This document shows, piece after piece, positions 33,651 through 46,415 of a DNA stretch of 64,000 bases. Source of the DNA: the human T2T-CHM13v2.0 reference genome, Homo sapiens; the NCBI RefSeq assembly GCF_009914755.1, contig NC_060933.1; one strand, written 5' to 3'. The notes under the pieces are model-generated. The model searched no databases, was not told the DNA's origin, and saw only the letters and a list, made by a program, of their open reading frames with translations. Position numbers and translations under genes: made by a program. Numbering within the stretch: position 1 is the first letter of the stretch; each line of letters begins with the position of its first letter.

Positions 33651-35956
33651 CTAGCCATCATACTTAAAGAAGTTAGATGCATTCTTTTTGAAATCAGGAA
33701 GAATACTTCTATGCCTGCTATCATTGTTTGTCTTTGATGTTGTACTTGAGTACCTAACCAGCACATTAATATAAGAGACAGAAGTGAAAGTTAAATATAT
33801 TAGAAATGAAGAAACAAAACCATCATTAGTTCCCATGCATTATGCTTGTCTCCACAGAATCTGAAGACAAATTACTATAATTAATAAGAGATTTCAGCAA
33901 GATTGCTGGATCAGTAATATACAAAGATAATAGGACTCATATTCACCAGCAATCAACAGAATATGCAATTTAAAAGAAAAATATTGTTTAAATAATAGCA
34001 GGTATTGTGTGGTATCTAGGAAGGGAAGTTGTATTACAATTTCAGGGATTGTTAAAATGTGAAATAGTGTCTTTAAATTGCTATATGGTTGAGGAGTCTA
34101 TATGTGTATATATTCTAAAAGTATAAAGAAAGGTAAGGGAAAAATAAACAACAAAGTTATTCAGGATAGTGATTATTTCTGGTGGATCAGGAGAGACGTT
34201 CATAGCTTCAACTGTATTGGTAATATATTGTCTTAGTTGACTGGTTAACACATGGGCATTCATTGTATTTTTCTTTATATACCTATGGTATATTGAAATA
34301 TTTCATTAAAAATGAAGAAGGAAATCTACTGATGTCATTAGCCCAGAGAAAGAATGCTGGAGGTGGAACAAATCTTTGCAGCAAGATCTTAAGTTTGGGG
34401 GAGTTATCTGCTATATGGGCAAAGAGGAGTCAGAGAAGGAGATCCAAAAGAACTGTACAGAGAATGTGGAGGAAAAATTGAGTACTTTAATAAAGAAACA
34501 AGGGAGAGAAAGTTTTTAACAAGAAAAAGAGAAGCTTTGGTCAACAGTGTCAGATCCCATAGAGGAACTGATAATAGAAAACTGAGAAGAGACTGTTGGA
34601 CTTTACTAAGAAGACTGTATTAACAAGACTGTCTTGATAGCAAGTGATAGAAACAGACTTCAAACTAACATAAGAAAAAAAACACAAAATCAAAGGATGA
34701 ACTGTAGATCATAGACTTGGTAAAGGTACAGAAAATTGCAGACAGACACTCTAATGTTTTTAACGCTTCTTTCTCACATCTCTTCATTCCAGACCAGACC
34801 AGCTTTCTCCATGCAGCTCTGGCCATGCGTATTGGCCATGTGGTAAGCCTACATTCTTATAGCTCTACCTCAGAGAAGGAAAGAACTTCTCCGCTTAAAT
34901 TTGGGGAGCCACAGGAATACAAATACTTTGTCTGTATGTCATTTTGAGTTAGGATTTAGGTTATTTCATTATATGTTAATTGTCACCTACATGAGTAATT
35001 GACAGGAATTTCAGAGTCATGAGGGTACAGAGTAGTTTCTATTGGGCAGGACTGATTTATACATTGCAGTACTTATGTATTCTTTGCTGTCACCCACTTC
35101 AGTTGCCAATCATTGTGGCACTCAAAAGTGCCCCAACAAATTTCCAAAATACACACACATCTGGGTAGTATGTACTATTTGAGAACTACTGATTTAGAAG
35201 AAAAGCAGATCAACTGGCTTGATTAATAAAAATGGAAGAACACCTAGACTTACCCTCTTACTAAAGATCTACATGAATCATTGTCCTTGATGTAGCATAA
35301 CTGCCTGAGAGTCAGGTATTTATTTGACTTTATTTATTGAGTGACCTACTTTGTTAGGTCAAGCCTTTTTACTTGAAAGAATATGATAAACAGAAAACAA
35401 TTCTGAATAGAAAATGAAGGGAAGGCTGATGGTAGAAGTTCCTATGTGGAATTTTGTGTGTTGGAAAAAATAGCTTTTCAGTGAAATCTATGAGAAATAC
35501 CTTGAATAATATAGTATAGGTCAAAACTTTGCAAATCTCTTTTTTCTATATAAAGGAAATTTCTACTCTATGCTATGAAAGACTTTTTTTGGTAATTTTT
35601 ACATATGTTGGTCCTTAGTTTTTTAAAATCCCATTTTAAATGGTATCAGTAACTTTTTATTTTATCAAATCCAAAGATTTTTAAAAGTCCTTTCTAAAAA
35701 TGTCCATTTTTCACTATCTTGAACCTTATGAAATTTATACAGGGAATAGAAAAAAACATTATTGCTTCTCTTGAGAATTTTTATAGGGTATATTTATAAA
35801 TGATCAACATGATATGAATACTTAGTACTGCTGCTGTTAAATTTGTAATGAGTTGTAGGGTTTTGAAATTCCCTGACTGGCTTTCATCCAAGCACTTTAT
35901 TTGCAAGACTTAGATACGGTACAACCAACGAGAGACATACAGTTAACTATTGACCC

Positions 35957-36924
35957 TGTGGGGAAAAGCAAGAGAGATCAGATTGTTACAGTGTCTGTGT
36001 AGAAAGAAGTAGACATAGGAGACTCCATTTTGTTCTGTACTAAGAAAAATTCTTCTGCCTTGAGATTCTGTTAATCTATAACCTTACCCCCAACCCCGTG
36101 CTCTCTGAAACATGTGCTGTGTCAACTCAGAGTTAAATGGATTAAGTGCGGTGCAAGATGTGCTTTGTTAAACAGATGCTTGAAGGCAGCATGCTCCTTG
36201 AGAGTCATCACCACTCCCTAATCTCAAGTACCCAGGGACACAAAAACTGCGGAAGGCCTCAGGGACCTCTGCCTAGGAAAGCCAGGTATTGTCCAAGGTT
36301 TCTCCCCATGTGATAGTCTGAAATATGGCCTCGTGGGAAGGGAAAGACCTGACCATCCCCCAGCCCGACACCCGTAAAGGGTCTGTGCTGAGGAGGATTA
36401 GTAAAAGAGGAAGGAACGCCTCTTGCAGTTGAGACAAGAGGAAGGCATCTGTCTCCTGCCTGTCCCTGGGCAATGGAATGTCCCGGTATAAAACCCGATT
36501 GTATGCTCCATCTACTGAGATAGGGAAAAACCGCCTTAGGGCTGGAGGTGGGACCTGCGGGCAGCAATACTGCTTTGTAAAGCATTGAGCTGTTTATGTG
36601 TATGCATATCTAAAAGCACAGCACTTAATCCTTTACATTGTCTATGATGCAAAGACCTTTGTTCACGTGTTTGTCTGCTGACCCTCTCCCCACAATTGTC
36701 TTGTGACCCTGACACATCCCCCTCTTCGAGAAACACCCACGAATGATGAATAAATACTAAGGGAACTCAGAGGCTGGCGGGATCCTCCATATGCTGAACG
36801 CTGGTTCCCCGGGTCCCCTTACTTCTTTCTCTGTACTTTGTCTCTGTGTCTTTTTCTTTCCTAAGTCTCTCGTTCCACCTTACGAGAAATACCCACAGGT
36901 GTGGAGGGGCAACCCACCCCTACA
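35957..36924 (+). mobile_element. HERV-K(HML-2) solo LTR, LTR5_Hs type, 968 bp
   Basis: TGTGGGGAAAAGCAAGAGAGATCAG...CAACCCACCCCTACA termini; 5-bp TSD GACCC (35952-35956 and 36925-36929); no PBS or gag downstream; AATAAA at 36749-36754; ATGCAAAG at 36647-36654. Confidence 0.96.
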
Positions 36925-37587
36925 GACCCTATCATGAAAATATTTCCGTTTTTAAGTATTAAGATGTAATTCATATTTAGGATATATTTAAGAAACATAT
37001 GTCTTTCGCTAGCTTGAATATATGAATTTGGAGCTGCAAATGATGATCTTTAGCCTTTGACTCTATAACCCCCAAAGTTGGTAATATTTAATTTAGATTA
37101 ATGTGATAATGTAGTCTTCCTAAGAACTGATTCAAATGTAATTTAATGTTTATATTCATACTTTTCAGAGGCTTACTGAGAAATTCTTTATCTTATAAAA
37201 TTTAAATTTCAGAAATATATCATGGTCTATTATAAATTTTTAGAAGTCAAAAATTATTCTAAGGAATACTGATGCCTCTCTTTTGAAGCTTATGTAGGAA
37301 TTAAGTATTATGAGCAATTTAATACTATATATGGATATTGATTTCCTCTGGCTAGTCCACAAAGGCCTTTTAGAGCAATAAAATACCATAAAATAAGAAG
37401 TAATACTATTGTAATAGCACACCACAAGGACAAGAAAACAGTCAAATAAAAGTATTGAAATCTGATTTCTAGGAAAACCAAGTTTAATCAGAGATGAATC
37501 AGCAGTCTTCATGAGACTTCTGCAGATATTTCATAGTCTGTTTCTGATAACTCAGTCATTATAATTGTACTTTAAAAGTTATGGCCT

Positions 37588-39215
37588 CTTTTCATGTGTA
37601 TGTCTTTAAAATTTATGAATGCGGTATTTCACATAGACTGCAGTCAAAGAATCTCTCATCCGCATTTACTCTGAGAGAAATTGCCTGGTGGGCAACTCAC
37701 TGCCATCAGGGTCCCAGAGCTTCTCCCGCTGCGGTGTCAGCTACAGGAACCTTATCCCAGCTCAAAACTAGATGCTATCACATATCCTGTTGCCTGTCTG
37801 CACTCCCATAGGAAAGTAGTAATTAAGTTCCAACAGAGCCATGTTGCCAAGCCTAAAGACAATCCTGGTGCCATAAAACTGGCAGATACATTCAGCCAGC
37901 TCACGAATACACTTTGGGGCCCTCCCCATAGTTGAGGTTGCAGAGGTTTCCTGTGTTGAGAAAAAAGTGTTTGGAAAAGTTCTCCCAAACTGCCCTGGCT
38001 TGGCTTTAAACGTGTTGGCGTACACAGTTGCGGTCCGCTGGCCTAGCGTGCTTCTCCACCTAGGTGGTCGCCTGCACTCTGCTCCGGTGCTGTGCATGCT
38101 GAATCCTTGGACACTTGTTGGTCCCCCAAGGTGAAACTATCAGCAGGACTCACAGTTTATCACCATGGGTGCCAACATCCCACCTCAGAGAATTGCTGAA
38201 AAAACTGAATCAAATATGAGTGGTTTATTCAACTGAAGTTCAAAATCTTTGATGAAGCTTATATCCCTTGTAGTGTAGCCTGTCAGTTCCTGGTTAACTT
38301 TCAGCAAAACACATTTTCTTGGTAAGATGGAAGAATTCTGAAAATCGATGACCATGGCATGTGAAAGACATGATTTAAGTGAATGTCTGCCTTACTTTCA
38401 AACAGCAAATGATGCTGTCCTTAAGTGACAGCCCAGGTCTCGCCACATGCCTTTCCAATTGTTGGTGTGGCTGGTCTTTCATATGGGAAGACTGTACTTG
38501 GCTGATCATCTTCTGTTCATTTCCGGAAGTGAGCTCCAAGGGAACTGTTCAGTAACTTCATGTAAGTTTACAGATAAATTCCTTTTGAAGTTTCCGGGCC
38601 ATGGTTTGAAGAAAGGCCATGGGAAGCGTCTTTTGTTCCATGGGAAAAATGAAAAGTCGCCTTTTCTGCATAACCTAGAAGATCAGGGAGTTTGAGGCCA
38701 AGTACCGTACTCCCTTCATTGTTTCCAACCATGGTGTTTTAACTGCCCATTAATTTCCTTAATTCAGTTACTTCAAAGGTAACATCTAACCCATTTGGAA
38801 ATGCATTGTCACCTTGACATGTATCACTCAAAAAATTCACTTGTCTAAAAAATTCCTGGATGAAGAAATTTTTCACGGGCTTCATGAGAATTCCACATTA
38901 CCTCAATGAGATTTTTAGCCTTAAAAACATCTCCAGTTTTACAAACGGTGATATTATCTTTATTTAGTCCATCCAAGCCCATAAAAATGGGCATGTTGAA
39001 CAGCCAGATCTTTGTTTTTAAGAATTTCCTGTTTAGCTTCACTTTCACCTTCAGCAAATTCAGTTTCATTTTCTGATGCTCCAAAGCCAGATCCTCTTGG
39101 TGGAAGAGGCTCCAAACTCTGCGTGTACAATGTCCTCAGGCTTCCTTCTCCTGCTGCCACCTCATAGAGCTCCCCAGGCCTGACCAAGCCTTGGTTATGA
39201 GGGCAGGAGGCTGCC
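37588..39215 (-). pseudogene. SAMM50P1: Processed pseudogene of SAMM50 (mitochondrial Sam50/Omp85 beta-barrel assembly subunit)
   Basis: Minus-strand peptides match SAMM50 without introns: [83 protein letters not shown], and ..GIRFL-stop (TAG at 37741-37743). The start codon has decayed to CTG (~39139), with frameshifts and stops. UTR-like flanks and a short A remnant near 37590 remain. Parent identity is confident; the P1 symbol is from memory. Confidence 0.9.
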
Positions 39216-39826
39216 GTTCTTTACTTAGATACAGATAATGCTGTTAACATCACCCTGAAACATCAAGTATTATTTTTGTTGATCTGGCATGTTTATTTTT
39301 TTTCTTGGTTCTTTGAGTGGACATTCACTTAAAACATCTTTAAATTGGGATGGATTCTTTTCTTCTTACTGCCACTCAACTCCAGTAACAAAAAAATATT
39401 GACAAAGAGGGTGAAGGAAGAATATAATTAAAGTGGTGAATAGTAAATAGGACATGTGAGGAATAGCTATTTCTATGTTGAATTAACTGAATTTAAGCAG
39501 GAGAAGGAGAGTGAAAAAGAGGAGTTCCGAAAGACATTGCACAGTTTCTCCTTTAGGACATCAAATAGCGCTACCATCCTCTTTCTTTCCTATTGAGGAA
39601 AGGAGTCAGAATGGGTATGCATTGCAACCTCATAGTCATTAGTAAGCATGTCATATGTAAGTCTCGTGTTTAGGAGGGCTATGACTGAACTCATAATATT
39701 ACCATATAAACATTGAGAAATTATGTTGGTAGTGAGGATGATGAATTATTCTGGATATACTTTTGGTTCCCATTATCTGTCCCAGTATTTAGTACCTGGT
39801 ATTTAGTTTTCAAGAGAGCTTTTCTT

Positions 39827-40111
39827 CTAGCATTAGGTATATCTCCCAGTGCTATCCCTCCCTCCTCCCCCCACCCCACAACAGTCCCCAGAGTGTGATG
39901 TTCCCCTTTCTGTGTCCATGTGATCTCATTGTTCAATTCCCACCTATGAGTGAGAACATGCGGTGTTTGGTTTTTTGTTCTTGCGATAGTTTACTGAGAA
40001 TTAGTGGGTGCAGCGCACCAGCGTGGCACATGTATACATATGTAACTAACCTGCACAATGTGCACATGTACCCTAAAACTTAAAGTATAATAATAAAAGA
40101 AAAAAAAAAAG
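39827..40111 (+). mobile_element. Young L1 (L1PA2/PA3-like) 3' fragment with 5' inversion
   Basis: 39827-40001 is the reverse complement of the ORF2 end/3'UTR. 40001-40111 is forward 3'UTR plus poly(A). TSD AGAGAGCTTTTCTTCT at 39813-39828 and 40112-40127. Confidence 0.92.
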
Positions 40112-43100
40112 AGAGAGCTTTTCTTCTCGTAACTTAAACAGAAGATTTGAAATAACAACAAACCAACAGTCAAACTCTTTTTTCTGTGAATAGACAAATG
40201 TTTATTTTTCCCGTGAATACTTGAAAGTCAATTGTATTAGTTGACTTTCTAAATTTCACATATAACGTGTTTTTACTATCCATTATTTTCCCCATACTTG
40301 TGGGAACAGAAGTTTAAGTGATGTGGTTCAACAAATCCAATTAAAATGCGTTCATTTAGTTATTCAGATTATTTTGAAAGACACTACCTTGCTAATATCA
40401 CATAGGTTAAAATTTGCTATAAAGGCATATAATGTTAAAACTATTCATATAAATTAAAAGTACTTGTTAAATGTTTTGAGTATTTTTGGTCTTTCAGAAT
40501 TAAAAGTATTAGTAAACTGTTTTGAATAATTTGACACTTGAAATAATAGTGTTGATTTTCATTTTGAGAAATATTTAAACACAGTTACAAAATATTTAAT
40601 TGGACATTAGCTAGAACTTGTGTTACAAAGTATAAGGGCATTGAATTAATTTAACTCCTTGTAAATGTTATTGAGAGTAGCGTATCTCTTATCCATATGC
40701 AGATATCCATATTTCTCTGATAGAACCTAATTTGAACACATCAAGACAGATTGGCATTTTCAGACCCATAAAAAAACTGCTTTGTTAATTGTAAACCATA
40801 TTTAGTATGACCTTATAACAAAGTAGCACCTTAAGTGTCATGCTGTGTCTTTAATGTGCACACTGGAGCTGGGTTCATCTGTAGCAGACAACTACACTTC
40901 ATGAAAAGAGTTTTTTTTTCTTGATAGGCAATTAGCAGTAATTAGGAAGATTCACCTCAATAAGATGTCAACATGAGATTGTTTAAAAAAGTTGAATGTC
41001 AGTGACTTAAAAAAGAAAGTTCCTCTGACACCTATGTATGGCATGTGAAACATGAAATGTTAATTTAACTTTTCTGCTTATTATTCATGCACAATATTAT
41101 TTTGTCATTCAGACTCTGCACTGACAGAGTGTAAGGGTGTTAAAATAGTGTTGCTGGAATAAAAAGAGGATTAATCTACCATTGGCCAATTAGCCAAAAG
41201 GTACTTAATGGTCTCTAAAGGCTACTGAAGTCTAACTACTAGCAAAAGCATTGGTGAAAAGTCCTCTATATTACCTTCATTTGCTTGACATTTTGTGAAA
41301 CATAGTGTAGCCCTTTCATAACTGCAGTTGTCAGAAAATAGTATATAAATGAGTGATGCAGTAACTCAGTGGATTTTTCAGAAGAAATTTTGTTACATAA
41401 ATAATTACATCTCTGCCTAAGGGTTTTTTTTGGTTATTGGTTTTTAATTTTTAATTCTTTCTCTTAGTGATCTCAAGTATTGTAACAAGAAAATTAATGT
41501 TTTAAATTTAAAAGTCTTACTTTTAAATTACTAAACTTGGAAGTTATTAATCTGAACTATTTACCTTTTTAAATAAGTTGTATGGAAAATATTTGTTAAT
41601 GACATAGAAAATGATAGCATTGTCTTGATAACTCATACATTTGAATTGACTGTGAATTTAGTCCTATACCTGGACAGCATACAGAATTTTATTTCTTTCA
41701 GTTTTATCCCCTTTAAAAGTATAATATTCTCAATAAAAGAACGTTGATTCTATTCACAGGAGGGAGAATATCATTAAGATTATGGTGACTTTCTAGGGAG
41801 TTCTTGCCTGTAGAATTTACATATATTCTGTTCAATTAGAATTTTCTCTCCAGTCTCATTTATTTACATTCTGGTAACAGAATTTATGTTGTAATTTTTT
41901 AGAAACACAATAATAAGATTTTAAAATTGCTGCCTGTACTTAATTATGAATCAGAATAATCAGATTATGAGAATGTAAATGAACTTATTTCTGTATTCAA
42001 CATTAAATAGTCTTAAGTCAGTCCTAAGCAGAATTTAAGATGAGAGATTTTGGAGAAGTTATTGGAAACAGATCATTCTCGTTTAATGATTGCTTTTCTC
42101 TACTTGGATTGTCAAGCCCTTTGTCTTTCAAAATGAGAAAGAAAACTTGGAGAGTACATTATTGTTATAGATGGGAACTAAGCCTCACTTTTTACTCTGG
42201 TTACTGATTGGCCTTTTTCAATATTGAGCGTCTCACCGTTGCTCCAGCATGGACTGCAAAGTGTTCTTTGGCCACCAGCTGTTTCCTCCATGGGCCTCCA
42301 AGAAACCCTGATCCAGTGTCTCTGGCATTCCACCTCATGTTTGGCTGGATTTACTAGAATTTTGTGTCTTTATGTTTCAGACTCCACTATCCCAACTAAG
42401 AATATTTCCAAATTTTTTAAATGGTTCATTACTTTAAATTTTTAATCCAGTGGTAAAAAACAAATGGGAAAGACTGAACTGTGTCTTTGAATGCTGTAGG
42501 ATGGATATTGTCCAGAAAAAAGCTGTAGGTCAGAATCACTTTCATTTTAGAAGTAAAGAGCTATACCCGATCCCATTCATTTCCCTTGGAGCACTGCTTG
42601 TAAACTAGTTGGATACCCAACAGCATTTTCTTTACATGTGCTACAACTAGCAACATGTTCGTTGAATAGGCAGATATTGAATATTTTATTCTTTAGAGAC
42701 ATCAAGATCAGAGAGTATCTAAAAATATATTGTTTTGGGAGTAATTAGGGAAATGATTTTCTCAGCTTTTTTTCTACGCCCTTTATTTCTCATTATTGGG
42801 CCTGAAGAATATTTTCCAAGGGCCTTGTTTTATTTTTTCTGGTAGTTCATTCCTAAACATTAAAATGTTTACCAGGTCTCCCTGATGGAGAAGGGATGCC
42901 TGATGTCCTCAGACTGCCCCCAGTTTACTGACCAGTGACTTGGCAACTACCTTCTCTTGAGTAAAAGTTGGAAAGCAGAGTGGTCATAGATCTAAGCTAG
43001 GACATTCAATGCTGTACTTAGCTTCTAGATCACATTTTACAGAACAAATCAGGGGAATACGGGGAGGGAAACAAGCTCTAGCCAGCATTTACCAGACAGG

Positions 43101-43625
43101 AATTGAAGGTAGCAGCAGTTCCCTCAGCTTCCTGTTTTGTTTCTTCATAGCACTTACTATAGTTTATTGTTACATATTTCTGGATTATAGACCAGTAGCT
43201 ACCTAAAGGCAAGGATTATTTATAACCTTTTTCTTACTGAAAACAGAGAACTAGTATAGTGCCAACTACATAGTGTGTGTAAAAAGAATAAATGATAGAT
43301 ATTGAATCGGGTTCTGAATCTAGGTACTGCATATCTAAATCTCCCAGCAAATGTCAAGTTGGGGCCACGAAAAAAAGCAGTTTGTGAATGAAATCCCATA
43401 TAAGAAAACAAGGGAAAATAGGCCAGGGGTGACTAATTTACCCTATTCATGGGATCCTACAGTTGCAGCTGAGAGCAGCAAACAAAAGCTTCTGGTCAGA
43501 GGCTTTTTGCTTGTCAGTTAAACTACAAAATGCAGATCTGGTAGAGGCAATTTATATTTCTAGCATAGAAAATGGAACATACAAATAAATTGAAAAAGAA
43601 CAAAAAAAATTAAAAAGAAAATGGG

Positions 43626-43912
43626 GGTCAAGCACAGTCGCTCATGACTATAATCCAAGCATTTTGGGAGGCCGAGGCGGGAGGATTGCTTGAGGCCAGG
43701 AGTTCGAGACCAGGCTGGGCAACACAGCAAGATCCCATATCTACAAAAAGAATTAAAAATTGGCTGGGTATGATGGTGCATACCTGTAGTCCCTGCTACT
43801 CAGGAGGCTGAGGCAGGAGGATCCCTTGAGCCCAGGAGTTTGAGGCTGTAATGGGCTATGATTGAGCCACTGCACTCCAGCCTGGGCAATAGAGCAAGAC
43901 CTCATCTGAAAA
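43626..43912 (+). mobile_element. AluJ
   Basis: gaggattgcttgaggccaggagttcgag (J-type); TSD-like aaaagaaaatggg on both sides. Confidence 0.9.
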
Positions 43913-44118
43913 GAAAATGGGACAGTTTGTAAAGCAATTGAATAAATAAAATGAATACAAAATTATGGATAAAGAAAACAAAATTAATCCAGAGTGAGAA
44001 TATTATATAAACTCTACGCACTGTGGGGTTTGGGATACTTTCTTGAGATGGGACAGAGTGGTAGTAAGAGAACAAGAATAAGTTCTAGAAAGGTGTTGAT
44101 TAAAAAAAATCAGGACCC

Positions 44119-44708
44119 ATATTAATTTTCTGTGCTACAAAACAAATTACCACAAATTTAGCAGCTGAGAAACAACATATGCATTCGTTACCTCACAGTG
44201 TCATTGGGTCAGGAGTCTGATACAGCCTAGTGGGGTGCTCTGCTCAGAATGTGGCAAGGTTGCAATCAGTGTGTCAGCCAGGCTGCCTTTTTTGAAAAAT
44301 TCAGTTACTTGTGGGTATAGGACTGAGGTCCGTGGCTTGCTGGCTAAGAGCCAAGGATCATTCTCAACTCATTGAGGCCTCCCTTAGGTCTTGACTTGTA
44401 GCTCGTCTCATAACATGGCAACTTACTTCTTTAAAACCAACGGGGGAATCTCCCTGATCTCAGAGAATGCCTCTGGCCTTCTTTGAAAGGGCTCATCTGA
44501 TTAGGTCAGGACCAGACAAGAAAAGCTTTCTTTTGATTAGCTCTCAGAAACTTGATTAGGGACGCTGACCCTAATTACATCTACAGAATCCTCTTTGCAT
44601 ATAACGTAATGTAATCATGGGAATGATAGCATATCGTATTTCTGGGTCCCATACAAGGGGAGGGTATTGTACCAGAGCATGAGTCATCTGAGAATTGTGT
44701 CTACCACA
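44119..44708 (-). mobile_element. MLT1E/F-like MaLR LTR
   Basis: aacaaattaccacaaatttagcagct...gggtcaggagtctg...ctaccaca. Confidence 0.72.
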
Positions 44709-46297
44709 GGATATTATACTGAAGAGTAAGTTTTTCAGTACATTCTTATTTCTTCTTACAGTCGCTTAGAGAGTTCTTTCCTTTTCAGGGATTTATGCTT
44801 CCTCAATGTTAAATTTAAATAAATTATTAATAGATAGTGTCTAGTTTAAAAATTTTATAGTGTTAAGTTCTATTTTATAACCTTTGGTTAGAAATAATTG
44901 ACTACACATAAATCAATACAAATCTCAGTACTTATTGAAGTCAACTTTTAAATTGAAATAGATGTTTAGGAGACTGTAGACGGATTGCACTGCTGCGGAT
45001 ATAGAGTCAGAGGAGCATATCTGCCTTCAATACCTGTGTAGTAGTGTAGGAGGGATCCTAGATTGATTCTAGTCAAACAAGTAACTATGACTTAAGACGA
45101 GCTAAAGTTTTCTGTCATGGGAGAAATTACCAGGTTATTATGTATATACGTGTTAAAGTTTTATTAATCTAGCTCCTCAGCCTTTAACACACTTCTCAGA
45201 CACTATGTAGTAGCCTTTACCACAAGATAACAATGCTGACAATAATGCTGCACGTTGAACATCTACTACGTGCAATCACAGATGTTTTAAGATTCTGTCC
45301 TCGAGATCACCTTTGTTAGGTAGACAAGCACCATCTCTTTTTAAATGAGGAAACAAAGCCATGTGTTTATGTAAGCTCACTCAGCTGGTAAGCAGTGGAC
45401 CCAGAGAATTCGAATCCAGAAATTATGACTCTTCCATGTGTGTTTTGTTTTCACTTGTTCTTAACGTGACTTAAATGCTTATAAATATTTGCTTGAAGAT
45501 GGAAAGGTAATAGTAGAGAAATAGGAATCATGCTGCTAATAAACAAGAAAAATCACAATTTTAAGAGTAATCTTAATTTGTTGGTAGATTTTATAGCACA
45601 GTCTCTTTCTAACAAGGTCACCCACAAAAGTTGTCTCACAGCCTAGAGCACTTGTAAGCAAAAGAAAGTTATTTATACATTTTTTTCTCATCTATAGCTT
45701 TCTCAAGTAAGAAGTAGAATTTTTTAAACCGACAGAAGTTAGTAATAGAGCTCCAGTTATTTGTCCACAATGCTAAGGAGAACCAAAGGTTTCCAAACTG
45801 ATGGAATGTGTGATTTGCATATTTCCTCTATTTCAACAGATGCTGCATAGCATTTCTATGCATATATACCTAACACTGGAAATATGTTTTCAAGATTGTA
45901 GATTTTAAATATTGTTTAATCAAAACATTATATTTTAATAAAGTACAAGTCATTTAGTTTACTGCCTCCATAATTTCAGTATTTCTTCATTTAATACATT
46001 TTTATATTGTTAAATTGAAGTTGAAAGTTACATATGCATGTCTTTTAGAAGAATGTATTTATTGACTTGGTCTTTCCTCAGTGGAGGTACATTTATAGTG
46101 TCAGGATCTGCCAGGTAGAAAGATTAGACAGAAATCTAGTGGCATACAAGTATAACAAATGAGAGAAGCCACCTAAGTATCCCAGTAAGAAGAAAAGAAC
46201 AAAGAAGCCTTCAAGAAGGAGGAATACTAAGCTGCCCTTTAAAGATGAGACAGATTTCAGCAGAAAGAAACACCACGTGTAGAGTCATCCATGTAAA

Positions 46298-46415
46298 AAT
46301 GGCAGGCAGGTTTGGGGAGTGGCAGGCAGGTTTGGGGAATGGCAGGCAGGTTTGGGGAATGGCAGGCAGGTTTGGGGAATGGCAGGCAGGTTTGGGGAAT
46401 GGCAGGCAGGTTTGG
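46298..46415 (+). repeat. Minisatellite, 20-bp unit GGCAGGCAGGTTTGGGGAAT, ~5.9 copies
   Basis: Directly visible tandem units at 46301, 46321, 46341, 46361, 46381 and a partial unit at 46401; one substitution. Confidence 0.97.

Noticed and set aside
36259-36736. Minus-strand ORFs of 66-108 aa
   Set aside because: They lie wholly within the LTR5_Hs and are incidental frames; no gag/pol/env is present.
38056-38067. Palindrome CCACCTAGGTGG as a CTCF site
   Set aside because: Spacing does not fit the CTCF core and it derives from SAMM50 coding sequence (..LGG..).
37581-39187. Cluster of overlapping ORFs suggesting an intact gene
   Set aside because: They are frameshifted fragments of the SAMM50 retrocopy or its antisense frames; the start codon is lost and there are internal stops.
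46298-46415. CRISPR-like array
   Set aside because: Head-to-tail repeats without unique spacers, no cas genes, and primate DNA.
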